Below, one piece after another: positions 16,615 through 24,725 of a stretch of DNA of 32,000 nt. Within the stretch, counting starts at the first letter, position 1, and each line of letters opens with the position of its first letter. Source of the DNA: Candidatus Saccharimonadota bacterium (GTDB taxonomy: Bacteria > Patescibacteriota > Patescibacteriia > 2-12-FULL-60-25). The position numbers and the translations under genes were made by a program. The DNA lies in contig OY970357.1 of the NCBI GenBank assembly GCA_963718585.1, forward strand, positions 330,001-362,000, read 5' to 3'. The notes below the pieces were generated by a model, which worked only from the letters and a program-made list of their open reading frames with translations, was not told the DNA's origin and ran no database searches.

Positions 16615-18096
16615 ATGCAAGACGAAGCCGAAGTACGGCGCCAAAAATTGGACGGACTGATCGCACAGGGGGTGGATCCATATCCGTCCGAGGCCGGACG
16701 TGACACGACGTGCGGCGACGCGATGTCGCGGTTCGACGAGATCGCCGCTGCCGGGACGACCGTCGCCCTCGCGGGTCGCATTTTGACCACGCGCGTCCAT
16801 GGCGCGATGACCTTTGCCGATCTTGCGGACGAGACAGGATCGCTCCAGATCTCCCTGAAAGAGGATGACATCGGGAAAGAGACGTATGAGCAGTTCCGGG
16901 ACAATGTGGACCCGGGTGATCTGATCGAGGTCACTGGGACGCTTTTTACGACCAAGCGGGGAGAGAAGACATTGTCGGTCGCGTCCTGGCGTATGCTCGC
17001 CAAGGCGCTCTTACCACTGCCCGAAAAATGGCACGGCCTGCAGGACGTGGAGAAGCGGTATCGGGAACGGGAGATGGATCTGTTGAGTAACCCGGACGTG
17101 CGCCATCGGTTCCTCGTCCGGTCTAAGATCGTCGCCTCGCTCCGCCGGTTCTTGGACGCGCGCGGTTTCATCGAGGTCGAGACGCCGATCCTTCAGCCGA
17201 TCCCGGGCGGGGCGAATGCGCGTCCATTCGTGACCCATCATCACGCGCTCGATGTCGATCTCTATCTTCGGATCGCGCCGGAACTCTATCTGAAGCGCCT
17301 CGTGGTCGGCGGATTTGAGAAGGTCTATGAGATCGGCCGGTGTTTTCGGAACGAGGGGATCGATCATGCGCACAATCCGGAGTTCACGATGATCGAATTG
17401 TACTGGGCGTATGTCTCGAAGGAGACGTATATCGCGTTCATGGAAACGTTGTTGACCACGGCCATCACTGACGCGACCGGAAGCCTCAAGGTCCCGCAAG
17501 AAGATGGCGCGGAGTTGGACTTCACGGCGCCCTGGCCGCGAACGACGTTCCGCGACGCCATCAACGATGCATGCGGGATCGATATCGATACGTTGAAGAC
17601 CTCGCAAGACGTCGAAGCCGCGGTACGGGCGAAGAAGCTTTCCGTTGATTTCTCCGATTGTCACGGCTTGGGGGAATACTTCGATGAGCTGTACAAAAAG
17701 ACCGCGCGTCTCAAGATGATCCAGCCGACCTGGGTCTTTGATTATCCGGTCGAGCTCAAACCGCTCGCGGCGCGTTCGGACGCGGATCCGCAAAAGAGCG
17801 CGTCTGCACAGCTCATCGTCCAAGGGACCGAGCTTGTGAATGCCTACTATCACGAGCTGCATGACCCGATCGAGCAGCGGGAGCGGCTGATGGAGCAGCA
17901 GGCGTTGCGGGAGGAGGGGAGCGAGATCGCTCAGCGCGTGGATGACGCCTTCTTGCGCGCCATGGAGCACGGGATGCCGCCGACAAGCGGGATGGGGCTT
18001 GGGATCGACCGGTTCACGGCGATCCTGACAGGCGCTCCGAATCTAAAAGAGGTGATCCTGTTTCCGACGCTGCGTCCGGAACAAAAGGAAGATTGA
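16615..18096 (+). CDS. lysS: Lysyl-tRNA synthetase, class II
   Basis: Colinear with bacterial LysS: LPLPEKWHGLQDVEKRYRERE, GFIEVETPILQPIPGGANARPF, LYLRIAPELYLKRLVVGGFEKVYEIGRCFRNEG, HNPEFTMIELY, GMGLGIDRF. Start at the ATG at 16615 (MQDEAEVRRQKL), because the ORF-track start at 16531 overlaps the greA terminator. Confidence 0.95.
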   Translation: MQDEAEVRRQKLDGLIAQGVDPYPSEAGRDTTCGDAMSRFDEIAAAGTTVALAGRILTTRVHGAMTFADLADETGSLQISLKEDDIGKETYEQFRDNVDPGDLIEVTGTLFTTKRGEKTLSVASWRMLAKALLPLPEKWHGLQDVEKRYREREMDLLSNPDVRHRFLVRSKIVASLRRFLDARGFIEVETPILQPIPGGANARPFVTHHHALDVDLYLRIAPELYLKRLVVGGFEKVYEIGRCFRNEGIDHAHNPEFTMIELYWAYVSKETYIAFMETLLTTAITDATGSLKVPQEDGAELDFTAPWPRTTFRDAINDACGIDIDTLKTSQDVEAAVRAKKLSVDFSDCHGLGEYFDELYKKTARLKMIQPTWVFDYPVELKPLAARSDADPQKSASAQLIVQGTELVNAYYHELHDPIEQRERLMEQQALREEGSEIAQRVDDAFLRAMEHGMPPTSGMGLGIDRFTAILTGAPNLKEVILFPTLRPEQKED

Positions 18097-18097
18097 T

Positions 18098-18562
18098 ATG
18101 AAAAAGATCGCTTTGTGCTTTGGGACGTTCGACGGGCTTCATGCGGGACATGAGGACTATTTTCGTCAGGCGAAGGATCTCGCGGATGAGCTGTATGTCG
18201 TTGTCGCGCGCGACGGGACGGTGCTGGACGTCAAAGGGAATCTTCCGCGTTCGTCGCAGGAAGAGCGTTTGCATGCGGTCCAGGAGCATCCGCTTGTCGA
18301 CGATGCCAGACTTGGATATGAAGACGACAAATTTCGCGTGATCGAAGAGGTGAAGCCGGATATCATCTGTCTCGGGTATGATCAAGAGGCATTTACAGAG
18401 AATATCGACGCGGAACTTGCGCGACGCGGCCTGTCCGCCGATATCGTCCGGTGTGAACCCTATCATCCTGAGACGTTCAAATCCTCCTTGTTGCGCGGGG
18501 CGCGGATGGAAGACGAGGACTTCACCGAAGCGACCTACGACGAGCGGGGACTGCCGATCTGA
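18098..18562 (+). CDS. Cytidylyltransferase-fold protein, RibL-type FMN adenylyltransferase (FAD synthase)-like
   Basis: MKKIALCFGTFDGLHAGH (HxGH nucleotidyltransferase motif), DELYVVVARD, KPDIICLGYDQ, and a CEPYHPETFKSS tail. Closely resembles my recollection of archaeal RibL (GTFDILHPGH...ELIVIVARD...KPDIIVLGPDQ). Confidence 0.6.
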   Translation: MKKIALCFGTFDGLHAGHEDYFRQAKDLADELYVVVARDGTVLDVKGNLPRSSQEERLHAVQEHPLVDDARLGYEDDKFRVIEEVKPDIICLGYDQEAFTENIDAELARRGLSADIVRCEPYHPETFKSSLLRGARMEDEDFTEATYDERGLPI

Positions 18563-18580
18563 TCCACTTCTCCTTTTTCT

Positions 18581-19849
18581 ATGTTGGACCCCAAATACAT
18601 TCGTGAGCATGCGGAAGCGGTCAAGGACAATTGTGCGGCGCGCCGCGCGGACGTTGATGTCGACGCATGGGTGAAGTTGGATGCCAAACGGCTCGATCTG
18701 CTGAAAGCGGTCGAGGACCTGCGTGCGAAGCGCAACGCGATCGCGGACCAGATGAAGTCTGCGGGGGAAGAGGATCGTCCCGCCCTGGTCGAAACAGGGA
18801 AGAAGTTGAAGGAAGAGACGGCGCAGGCCGAGGCTGGGTTGACCGAGACCGAAGCATTGTGGAAGACGGAGCTCATGCGGTTCCCGAATCTCACACACCC
18901 AGATGCCCCGAAAGGGGAGAATGACGCGGACAACAAGGTCCTTCGGAAGGTCGGCGAACCCACACGGATCGCGAAACCCCTCGATCATGTTGAGATCGCG
19001 AAGGATCTTGATCTCATCGACTTTGAGCGCGGCGCAAAGGTCGCGGGTGCGAAGTTCTATTTTTTAAAAGGGAAGTTGGCATTGCTCGAGCAGGCGTTGA
19101 TCCGGTACGGATTGGATCTGCTGGTGAAGGAAGGATATGAGGTCCTCACGACGCCGGATCTCGCCCGCGAGGCCGTCCTCATCGGAAAAGGGTTCCTTCC
19201 ACGCGGTCCGGAGTCGCAGGTCTATTACATCGAAGGACAGGACCTCGCGCTGATCGGGACATCTGAGATCCCGGTCTTGGGGTATCACATGGATGAGATC
19301 CTGAAGGGAGAAGAGCTTCCGAAGAAGTACGTTGCGTTCTCCCATTGCTTCCGTACCGAGGCGGGAGCGTACGGACGCGAGTCGTATGGCCTCTATCGCG
19401 TGCATCAATTCTCCAAGGTCGAGATGTTCGCCTTTGCACATCCGGATCAATCCGAAGCGCTCCATCTCGAGTTCCTCCGTATCGAAGAAGCGTTTTGGAA
19501 GAGTCTCGGCATCCCGTATCAGGTCGTCGATTGTAGTACCGGGGACCTGGGCGGTTCAGATTATCGTCGATATGACGTCGAGGCTTGGATGTGGGGGAAG
19601 AACGAGGGCAAGGGCGGGTACGGCGAAGTGACATCATGCTCGAATTGTATCGACTTTCAGGCACGCGGATTGAGTATCCGATATGCGAATGCGGACGGAG
19701 AGAAGGGGATGGTCCATACGTTGAACGGCACGGTCGTCGCGACACCGCGTGCCATGATCGCGATCCTTGAGAATTTCCAACAGGAAGACGGAAGCGTCAT
19801 GATCCCGGAGGTCCTCGTGCCGTACTGCGGCTTCGATCGCATCGGATGA
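18581..19849 (+). CDS. serS: Seryl-tRNA synthetase
   Basis: N-terminal coiled-coil (MLDPKYIREHAEAVKDN...LRAKRNAIADQM). Class II core: FYFLKGKLALLEQALI, LIGTSE, FRTEAG, GLYRVHQFSKVEMF, EVTSCSNCIDFQARGL, HTLNGT. Confidence 0.95.
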   Translation: MLDPKYIREHAEAVKDNCAARRADVDVDAWVKLDAKRLDLLKAVEDLRAKRNAIADQMKSAGEEDRPALVETGKKLKEETAQAEAGLTETEALWKTELMRFPNLTHPDAPKGENDADNKVLRKVGEPTRIAKPLDHVEIAKDLDLIDFERGAKVAGAKFYFLKGKLALLEQALIRYGLDLLVKEGYEVLTTPDLAREAVLIGKGFLPRGPESQVYYIEGQDLALIGTSEIPVLGYHMDEILKGEELPKKYVAFSHCFRTEAGAYGRESYGLYRVHQFSKVEMFAFAHPDQSEALHLEFLRIEEAFWKSLGIPYQVVDCSTGDLGGSDYRRYDVEAWMWGKNEGKGGYGEVTSCSNCIDFQARGLSIRYANADGEKGMVHTLNGTVVATPRAMIAILENFQQEDGSVMIPEVLVPYCGFDRIG

Positions 19850-19871
19850 CACTTTGCGCTACAATCATTCC

Positions 19872-21035
19872 ATGCCGCGTGGATCGAAGACATGGGTTGA
19901 GATTTCGAGATCCGCCCTGACGCACAACGTCAGGGCGTTTCAGCACCATCTGGGCGGAGCCGAGATGATGGCCGTGGTGAAGTCCAACGCCTACGGCCAC
20001 GGGCTCGTCGAGACCGCACAGATCGCGGATAAAGCAGGTGCCGCGTGGTTCGGCGTGGATAGCGTTGATGAGGGGATCCGTTTGCGAAAAAACCGCATGA
20101 CAAAGCCGATCCTCGTGCTTGGGTACACGCGCAATGACCGGCTCAAGGACTGCGTGGACAACGGACTTTCTTTTGTGGTCTACAACCAGGAAACGGTCCG
20201 AGCTTTGAGGGCGTTACAGCTGCCAAAGCTGGGAAAACGACCGTCAAAGAAGACGCGCGCCGCATTCGTCCATATGAAGATCGAAACGGGTACTACGCGG
20301 CAGGGCGTCGCTGGTGCGGAGCTGCGGTCACTCGTTCGGGCACTGAAGCGCACGTCGGGCGTGGTGATCGAGGGTGCGACGACACATTATGCGAACATCG
20401 AGGACACGACGGATTCAAAGTACGCGGAGCTTCAGCTGAAACGGTTCCACCAGGCGCTCGCATTGATGCGTGATGAGGGCGTGGATCCGCCATGGAAGCA
20501 TACGGCCTGCAGCGCGGCGGCGATCCTGTTCCCGGATACGCATTTCAATGTCGCGCGCGTGGGGATCGCCATGTACGGATTGTGGCCAAGTAAGGAGACG
20601 CGGGCCGTGGCGCAACGCACCAGATCCGGATTGGAATTGAAGCCGGTCTTGACGTGGAAGACCGTGGTCGCACAGGTGAAGTCCGTCAAAAAGGGAACGC
20701 ATGTCAGTTATGGTCTGACCGAGCGCGTCACGCGGAATGCGCGTTTAGCGATCCTTCCGATCGGATACTGGGACGGATTCGACCGAGGACTTTCGTCGAC
20801 CGGACAGGTGCTGATCCGCGGGCATCGTTGCAAGGTCGTCGGACGCGTCTGTATGAACATGTGCGTCGTGGACGTGACGGACGTGCCGAATGTCCGCGTC
20901 GAAGACGAGGTCGTCCTCCTTGGGAGACAAAAGGACGACGTGATCACGGCAGAAGATATTGCATCAAAGATCGGGACGATCAATTATGAGGTCGTGACGC
21001 GCATCAATCCATTGATCAGTAGGATTGTTCATTGA
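19872..21035 (+). CDS. alr: Alanine racemase
   Basis: PLP-lysine motif AVVKSNAYGHG, plus ARVGIAMYGLWPS, SYGLT, ILPIGYWDG, RVCMNMCVVDV, NYEVVTRI. Start at the ATG at 19872 (the ORF-track start at 19854 is a TTG). TACAAT at 19860-19865 lies 6 nt upstream. Confidence 0.9.
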   Translation: MPRGSKTWVEISRSALTHNVRAFQHHLGGAEMMAVVKSNAYGHGLVETAQIADKAGAAWFGVDSVDEGIRLRKNRMTKPILVLGYTRNDRLKDCVDNGLSFVVYNQETVRALRALQLPKLGKRPSKKTRAAFVHMKIETGTTRQGVAGAELRSLVRALKRTSGVVIEGATTHYANIEDTTDSKYAELQLKRFHQALALMRDEGVDPPWKHTACSAAAILFPDTHFNVARVGIAMYGLWPSKETRAVAQRTRSGLELKPVLTWKTVVAQVKSVKKGTHVSYGLTERVTRNARLAILPIGYWDGFDRGLSSTGQVLIRGHRCKVVGRVCMNMCVVDVTDVPNVRVEDEVVLLGRQKDDVITAEDIASKIGTINYEVVTRINPLISRIVH

Positions 21036-21037
21036 GT

Positions 21038-21877
21038 ATGTTGAAGAAGGTCCGACGCAGTGGGGTCTACACAGAGAAGCGCGTGGGTCTCACACGAGCG
21101 AACCGGATGATCGTGTATGCGCTTGTTTTTTCATGTATCGCCCTGACAGGCCTGTGGTATTTGTTTTTTTCCGGTTTTTGGAGCGTATCGCAGATCCAAG
21201 TGGATGGGTTACAGACCCTGGGGAGGGGAGAGGTAGTGAGTTCTACCTACGAGATCCTGGATGGAGGAGGATGGAAGCCATGGGACAAACGAAACGTGAT
21301 CCTATTGAACACGCAGGCATTAGCGTCCGCGTTGAAAGATCGACTGTTCGCAGAAAATGTAGCTGTGGAAAAGTCCTATCCCAATATTTTACGACTCAAA
21401 ATCACTGAGCGGCAGAGGAGTGTGGTATTGGCGTCGCAAAGTCAGCTTTTAAGTGTTGATACGAACGGAGTCGTCACAGGAGACGTTCCAAGCGACCTCG
21501 CGGTGCAAGTGCAGCTCCGTCTCACGGACAAGGCACTCGCAGATTTCGTCCGTCCGCCGATCGTCGTTTACGATCTACCTGAAATGGCGACGTCTGGGTA
21601 TCAAGTCGCGGATCCAAAGACCGTTCAAGCATGGATCGAGACGTATCGGGCGTTGATCTCCGCAGGCGTGACGTTCCGATACATGAAGCTTGGCGATATA
21701 AGCTCGCCAAAGGTATCCGTGGTCACGGATAAAGGCTGGGAGGCTATTTTCGACGTCTCACGACCCCTAGGACCTCAGATCGAGACATACACAGCCTTTC
21801 TCCGGTCCAAGGATAAGAATCTCCGTATATCTCAATACGTCGATGTTCGAGTGCCTGGAAAGATCTACGTGAAATAG
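21038..21877 (+). CDS. ftsQ: FtsQ/DivIB-like cell-division protein (TM plus POTRA)
   Basis: N-terminal TM (MIVYALVFSCIALTGLWYLFF), then a POTRA-like VSQIQVDGLQTLGRGEV...VAVEKSYPNILRLKITERQRSVVL. The TTG at 21032 is an alternative start. Confidence 0.65.
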   Translation: MLKKVRRSGVYTEKRVGLTRANRMIVYALVFSCIALTGLWYLFFSGFWSVSQIQVDGLQTLGRGEVVSSTYEILDGGGWKPWDKRNVILLNTQALASALKDRLFAENVAVEKSYPNILRLKITERQRSVVLASQSQLLSVDTNGVVTGDVPSDLAVQVQLRLTDKALADFVRPPIVVYDLPEMATSGYQVADPKTVQAWIETYRALISAGVTFRYMKLGDISSPKVSVVTDKGWEAIFDVSRPLGPQIETYTAFLRSKDKNLRISQYVDVRVPGKIYVK

Positions 21878-22007
21878 AAATCGTTCGACATGACGGGTGA
21901 ATCGTTTCGTACCATCAAAAAGGATAAAGGTTGCATACGTAAGGGGTTGGGAAGGATAAACGTGTGAAAATGCATATCTATTAGGTAATTGGGATTTTAA
22001 ACCCCCT

Positions 22008-22039
22008 ATGCGACGCATAACATATATTGTGCGACGCAT
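22008..22039. repeat. Two copies of a 10-bp box TGCGACGCAT (each a near-palindrome ATGCG-N-CGCAT), 21 bp apart
   Basis: TGCGACGCAT at 22009-22018 and 22030-22039, separated by the AT-rich AACATATATTG. Related half-palindromes occur at 22124-22131 (TGTGCGCA) and 22201-22218 (ATGTGCG-TCTT-CGCGCAT). Confidence 0.7.
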
Positions 22040-22064
22040 GTACTTCTAGCAAAACCGCGACTTC

Positions 22065-22101
22065 CGGTCGGTATGCCTCCCCTCCCCGACCGATTTTTTT
22101 T
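22065..22101 (+). terminator. Orphan Rho-independent terminator inside a non-coding gap
   Basis: CGGTCGG (22065-22071) / CCGACCG (22086-22092) with a 14-nt loop, then A and TTTTTTTT (22094-22101). It lies about 190 nt after the ftsQ-like stop. Confidence 0.55.
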
Positions 22102-22276
22102 GATTTTGAGTCTTTAAGACCCATGTGCGCATCTTGACTGGTCTTATATTTTTTAATGATCAGCATTGTCTGTTCTGTTCGTTTCGTTCACATCCGATAG
22201 ATGTGCGTCTTCGCGCATGGATCATCCGAACTAACGTCTCGCTTCTCTTGATCGCGAACATCCCCTCCTGAGTCTC

Positions 22277-22300
22277 AAAAAAGGCCCGTAAGGGTCTTTT
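22277..22300 (-). terminator. Rho-independent terminator for the amidase gene pair
   Basis: AAAAAAGGCCC-GTAA-GGGTCTTTT. On the minus strand the hairpin is followed by TTTTTT. It lies 22 nt past the stop at 22322. Confidence 0.7.
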
Positions 22301-22321
22301 CGTCGCTCCTCTCCCCTCTTC

Positions 22322-22960
22322 TTAATACTTTTCGTTATACAGCCAGACAGCGTTTTTACTCATGGCGACATCTGCGGGCTTGATCTCTTCCATCTGTAGC
22401 AGGAAATTCGGCGTGTTGTCATCCGAAAGGAACAGGACTTGGCTCCGCTTGTGTGGAGCGACGGCAAGATAGAACGCACGTTGTGCAAAGGTCGTACAAA
22501 CGTAGTTTTGGGTATTGATCAGTTTTTTTGCCATCTTGTAGTGTATGTTCACCCCGACCGCCCAGAGGACGAGTGACTGTAAAAAATATCCGATCAAACG
22601 TCTCATGTCATACGGTGTGTCCACGGCGTCCAAAAAGAAGCCGCGAAAGCGTTCGCGCTCTTCCTTTGTCAGGATATCGAATCGTTTGAAGCCAAGTTCA
22701 TATCGGTCGGGGTTTCGAAGATATGTATAGAGCCGGTGAACCTCGATCCCGCTGTCCTGAGCCTCGACGAGGAGAATGTCGTGTTCCGTTCCACTGATCT
22801 CAGGAACGTCAAAAACGAGCGCTACATGGCTCCAATGCGACCGCGTGAACCGCTTGACCAGGCTGGAGATCAGAGGGCCCGTCGTGCTGACCATGACGAT
22901 GTCCCCGACCTTCAAATTTCGGATCGTCTCTTCTTGGGACTGGTAAACCGTCCGCCCCAT
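22322..22960 (-). CDS. Permuted papain-like amidase, YiiX/YaeF (peptidase C92, DUF830)-like, paralog 1
   Basis: GDIVMVSTTGPLISSLVKRFTRSHWSHVALV (GD..., then the S-H-x-[AG] His motif), LVEAQ, DTPYD, and a C-terminal catalytic-type Cys in NYVCTTFAQRAFY. The His-before-Cys order indicates a circularly permuted NlpC/P60 fold. About 47-49% GC by hand count. The ATG at 22993 is an alternative start. Confidence 0.65.
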   Translation of the reverse strand: MGRTVYQSQEETIRNLKVGDIVMVSTTGPLISSLVKRFTRSHWSHVALVFDVPEISGTEHDILLVEAQDSGIEVHRLYTYLRNPDRYELGFKRFDILTKEERERFRGFFLDAVDTPYDMRRLIGYFLQSLVLWAVGVNIHYKMAKKLINTQNYVCTTFAQRAFYLAVAPHKRSQVLFLSDDNTPNFLLQMEEIKPADVAMSKNAVWLYNEKY

Positions 22961-22961
22961 A

Positions 22962-23642
22962 TCAATGCTCGTTCCAGATCCATTTGCACGCATCGCTCTT
23001 AGCGATGTCTGCAGGGGTCGTGATCTCTTGAAGCTGTATCGGTGTATAGCCGATATTCCGGAAGATCACCTTTGAACGTTCTTCCCAATCCACGGCTTCG
23101 TAAAATGCTTTTTGGATGAATCCACTGCACGAGAATCTTTGGCGGTTCAGCATCATCTTTCGAAACATTGGCGAAAGCCAGGCGAGCAGGAATTTGAATG
23201 TGTAGAGCTTGTAATACGGTGTATCGATGTTCATGAGGACGAATGCACGGACGCGTCGTCGCAGGTCGTCGTCGAGAAATGGAAAACGTTTGATCCCAAT
23301 GTCGTAGCGTTTCGGGTCATCGAGGTATTTTTCGAGCCGATGGATCTCAACACCGCTCGTATAGGCCTTTCCGATGCCATGTTGGATCGCTTCGATGATG
23401 AGGTTCGTGGCATATCCTTTTTCCGGATCTTTACCGAAGATCACCAGGGCCGAGTGGTCCCAGTAAGAATTCGTGATCCGGCGGAGAAAATACCGCATGG
23501 GTCCACCTGTACTATGCCGAACCAAGACGATGTCCCCGGTCTGGAGGTCTGGGAGATCGCCATGGACCTTTTCGAGTGCATGGCGCTTATTGGAAAGGTG
23601 TTTTTGATCTGCCGCAGATATTTTCTCACCGATGGATTTCAT
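22962..23642 (-). CDS. Permuted papain-like amidase, YiiX/YaeF (peptidase C92, DUF830)-like, paralog 2
   Basis: GDIVLVRHSTGGPMRYFLRRITNSYWDHSALV, IIEAIQ, DTPYY, RFSCSGFIQKAFYEAV. Colinear with paralog 1. Its stop is 1 nt from the paralog 1 ATG (TGAtATG). Start set at the ATG at 23642 (MKSIGEK); the ORF-track start at 23714 would overlap the divergent gene. Confidence 0.65.
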   Translation of the reverse strand: MKSIGEKISAADQKHLSNKRHALEKVHGDLPDLQTGDIVLVRHSTGGPMRYFLRRITNSYWDHSALVIFGKDPEKGYATNLIIEAIQHGIGKAYTSGVEIHRLEKYLDDPKRYDIGIKRFPFLDDDLRRRVRAFVLMNIDTPYYKLYTFKFLLAWLSPMFRKMMLNRQRFSCSGFIQKAFYEAVDWEERSKVIFRNIGYTPIQLQEITTPADIAKSDACKWIWNEH

Positions 23643-23657
23643 AGGAATATTGCGGGG

Positions 23658-23666
23658 TGATATGAT
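23658..23666 (+). promoter_or_regulatory. Extended -10 promoter element (TGaTATGAT), leaderless arrangement
   Basis: TGATATGAT at 23658-23666. The ATG at 23673 is 6 nt downstream with no SD. Confidence 0.4.
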
Positions 23667-23672
23667 GTTCAC

Positions 23673-23999
23673 ATGGCGAAAAAAGATCCATACGCGTTCA
23701 TGTTGGATGCGCATGCTTTCGTGACGGATGCATCGCCGCCTTTATACGAACTGTTCGGTTTGAAGTTTCAGAAAGATCGCAGATTTCGTTTCGATCCCTT
23801 CGTTGCACGCGAGAGCGGCGTCGTTTTTCTTCAAACAGTGTTGAATGCGTATCGAGGGGCGAAGGTGAAACGCGCCCTGATCTCCATTATACCAAAACGA
23901 GGCGTAAAAAAGTACGCATACATCAGTCTCTCCCCTGCCGAGGTCGACTCCTTAGGGCTTGTCACCGCATTGAAGGGTCGATTCGAGCTGAAGACGTGA
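23673..23999 (+). CDS. Hypothetical 108-aa protein
   Basis: ORF with an extended -10 immediately upstream and a hairpin terminator downstream. Basic, with a mixed alpha/beta-looking sequence. No family recognised. Confidence 0.5.
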   Translation: MAKKDPYAFMLDAHAFVTDASPPLYELFGLKFQKDRRFRFDPFVARESGVVFLQTVLNAYRGAKVKRALISIIPKRGVKKYAYISLSPAEVDSLGLVTALKGRFELKT

Positions 24000-24011
24000 A
24001 GCGATGAGATG

Positions 24012-24038
24012 AAAAAAGCCGCGGGAGAACCCCGCGGC
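24012..24038. terminator. Hairpin terminator between convergent genes (strongest for the minus-strand gene)
   Basis: AAAAAA, then GCCGCGGG (24018-24025), loop AGAAC, CCCGCGGC (24031-24038). On the minus strand the stem is followed by TTTTTT. Confidence 0.7.
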
Positions 24039-24047
24039 GTGTGTTTA

Positions 24048-24578
24048 TCAAAAAAGTTCGAATCGCTCCCCTATCCACCGTGCATGCGCAGGGTGTTCTT
24101 TGCAGAGATCGCGGCAACAGCCGACGAAGCGACCCATCTTTCGAAGCGTCACGGATGACGCGACATCCTTCCAGTCCTCCATCGCGAAATTCTGGAAGGA
24201 GACCGTTTCCCCGGGGAGAATCTCCTCGCCGCACGTGCAGCATTGGAGAACGGGTCCGGACAATGCCGTGACCAGACACCGCGGGCAGACTGAGTCATCT
24301 GCCTTCCCGATGTTCCAGTACTGGTCATCTTTTTTGGGATGGTGATGCGCGACGACGTTCTCGTATACTTCACGGATCGTGCTGAGATCTCCTTTCAGCT
24401 TCAGCTGGGGGTGGAGCCGTTCTGGGACGTGGATCATGAACGCCGCTGCGCCCATGTGCCCACACGCGTAACGCACATCTGGCGTGTGGGTCGCCATGAG
24501 ATACACGTTTTTCGTCGGAACGAGTTGGACGATCTCGAGCGCTTTAACCTCCGCGCCGTTGATCCCGATCGCTTTCAT
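24048..24578 (-). CDS. Hypothetical Cys/His-rich protein (176 aa)
   Basis: The ATG at 24578 is preceded by AAGGAG with 6-nt spacing; the ORF-track start at 24593 is a TTG. Contains ACGH, AHHHP, CPRC, QCCTCGEE, GCCRDLCKEHPAH, i.e. 10 Cys arranged like metal-binding knuckles. No family recognised. Confidence 0.7.
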   Translation of the reverse strand: MKAIGINGAEVKALEIVQLVPTKNVYLMATHTPDVRYACGHMGAAAFMIHVPERLHPQLKLKGDLSTIREVYENVVAHHHPKKDDQYWNIGKADDSVCPRCLVTALSGPVLQCCTCGEEILPGETVSFQNFAMEDWKDVASSVTLRKMGRFVGCCRDLCKEHPAHARWIGERFELF

Positions 24579-24605
24579 CGCGTCTCCTTTCAATGAGCTG
24601 CGCCG

Positions 24606-24634
24606 ACCCTAGCACGGTCTGCTGTGATGGGCAA
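24606..24634 (-). promoter_or_regulatory. Candidate promoter for the Cys-rich gene (TTGCCC-17-TAGGGT)
   Basis: On the minus strand, TTGCCC is the complement of 24629-24634 and TAGGGT the complement of 24606-24611, with a 17-nt spacer. Confidence 0.3.
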
Positions 24635-24664
24635 TGGATCCGTGCAGCCCTGATCATCACACGG

Positions 24665-24692
24665 TTGACGTTCTTTGGATCCGGACTATACT
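24665..24692 (+). promoter_or_regulatory. Sigma70-like promoter (TTGACG-16-TATACT)
   Basis: TTGACG at 24665-24670, 16-nt spacer containing GGATCC, TATACT at 24687-24692. Downstream are SD AAGGAG (24710-24715) and the ATG at 24726. Confidence 0.5.
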
Positions 24693-24725
24693 CGTCCTAC
24701 GCCCTTTTTAAGGAGAAGAGACCGC

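Noticed and set aside
154-18988. Many long ORFs antisense to, or out of frame with, the called genes: 154-873 (+), 904-1455 (+), 2381-3100 (-), 5314-6249 (-), 7704-8588 (-), 9570-10598 (-), 11395-12312 (-), 12826-13692 (-), 17011-17970 (-) and 18014-18988 (-).
   Set aside because: They overlap genes that have unmistakable family motifs, and some (such as 18014-18988) span several real genes. Their translations are Arg/Pro/Gly/His-rich low-complexity sequence typical of stop-poor alternative frames in GC-rich DNA.
21767-22166. Small minus-strand ORFs (21767-22039 and 21981-22166) in the AT-rich gap after the ftsQ-like gene.
   Set aside because: One overlaps the ftsQ-like 3' end. Neither has an SD or promoter. 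The peptides are odd in composition. The region is better explained as non-coding regulatory or RNA sequence.
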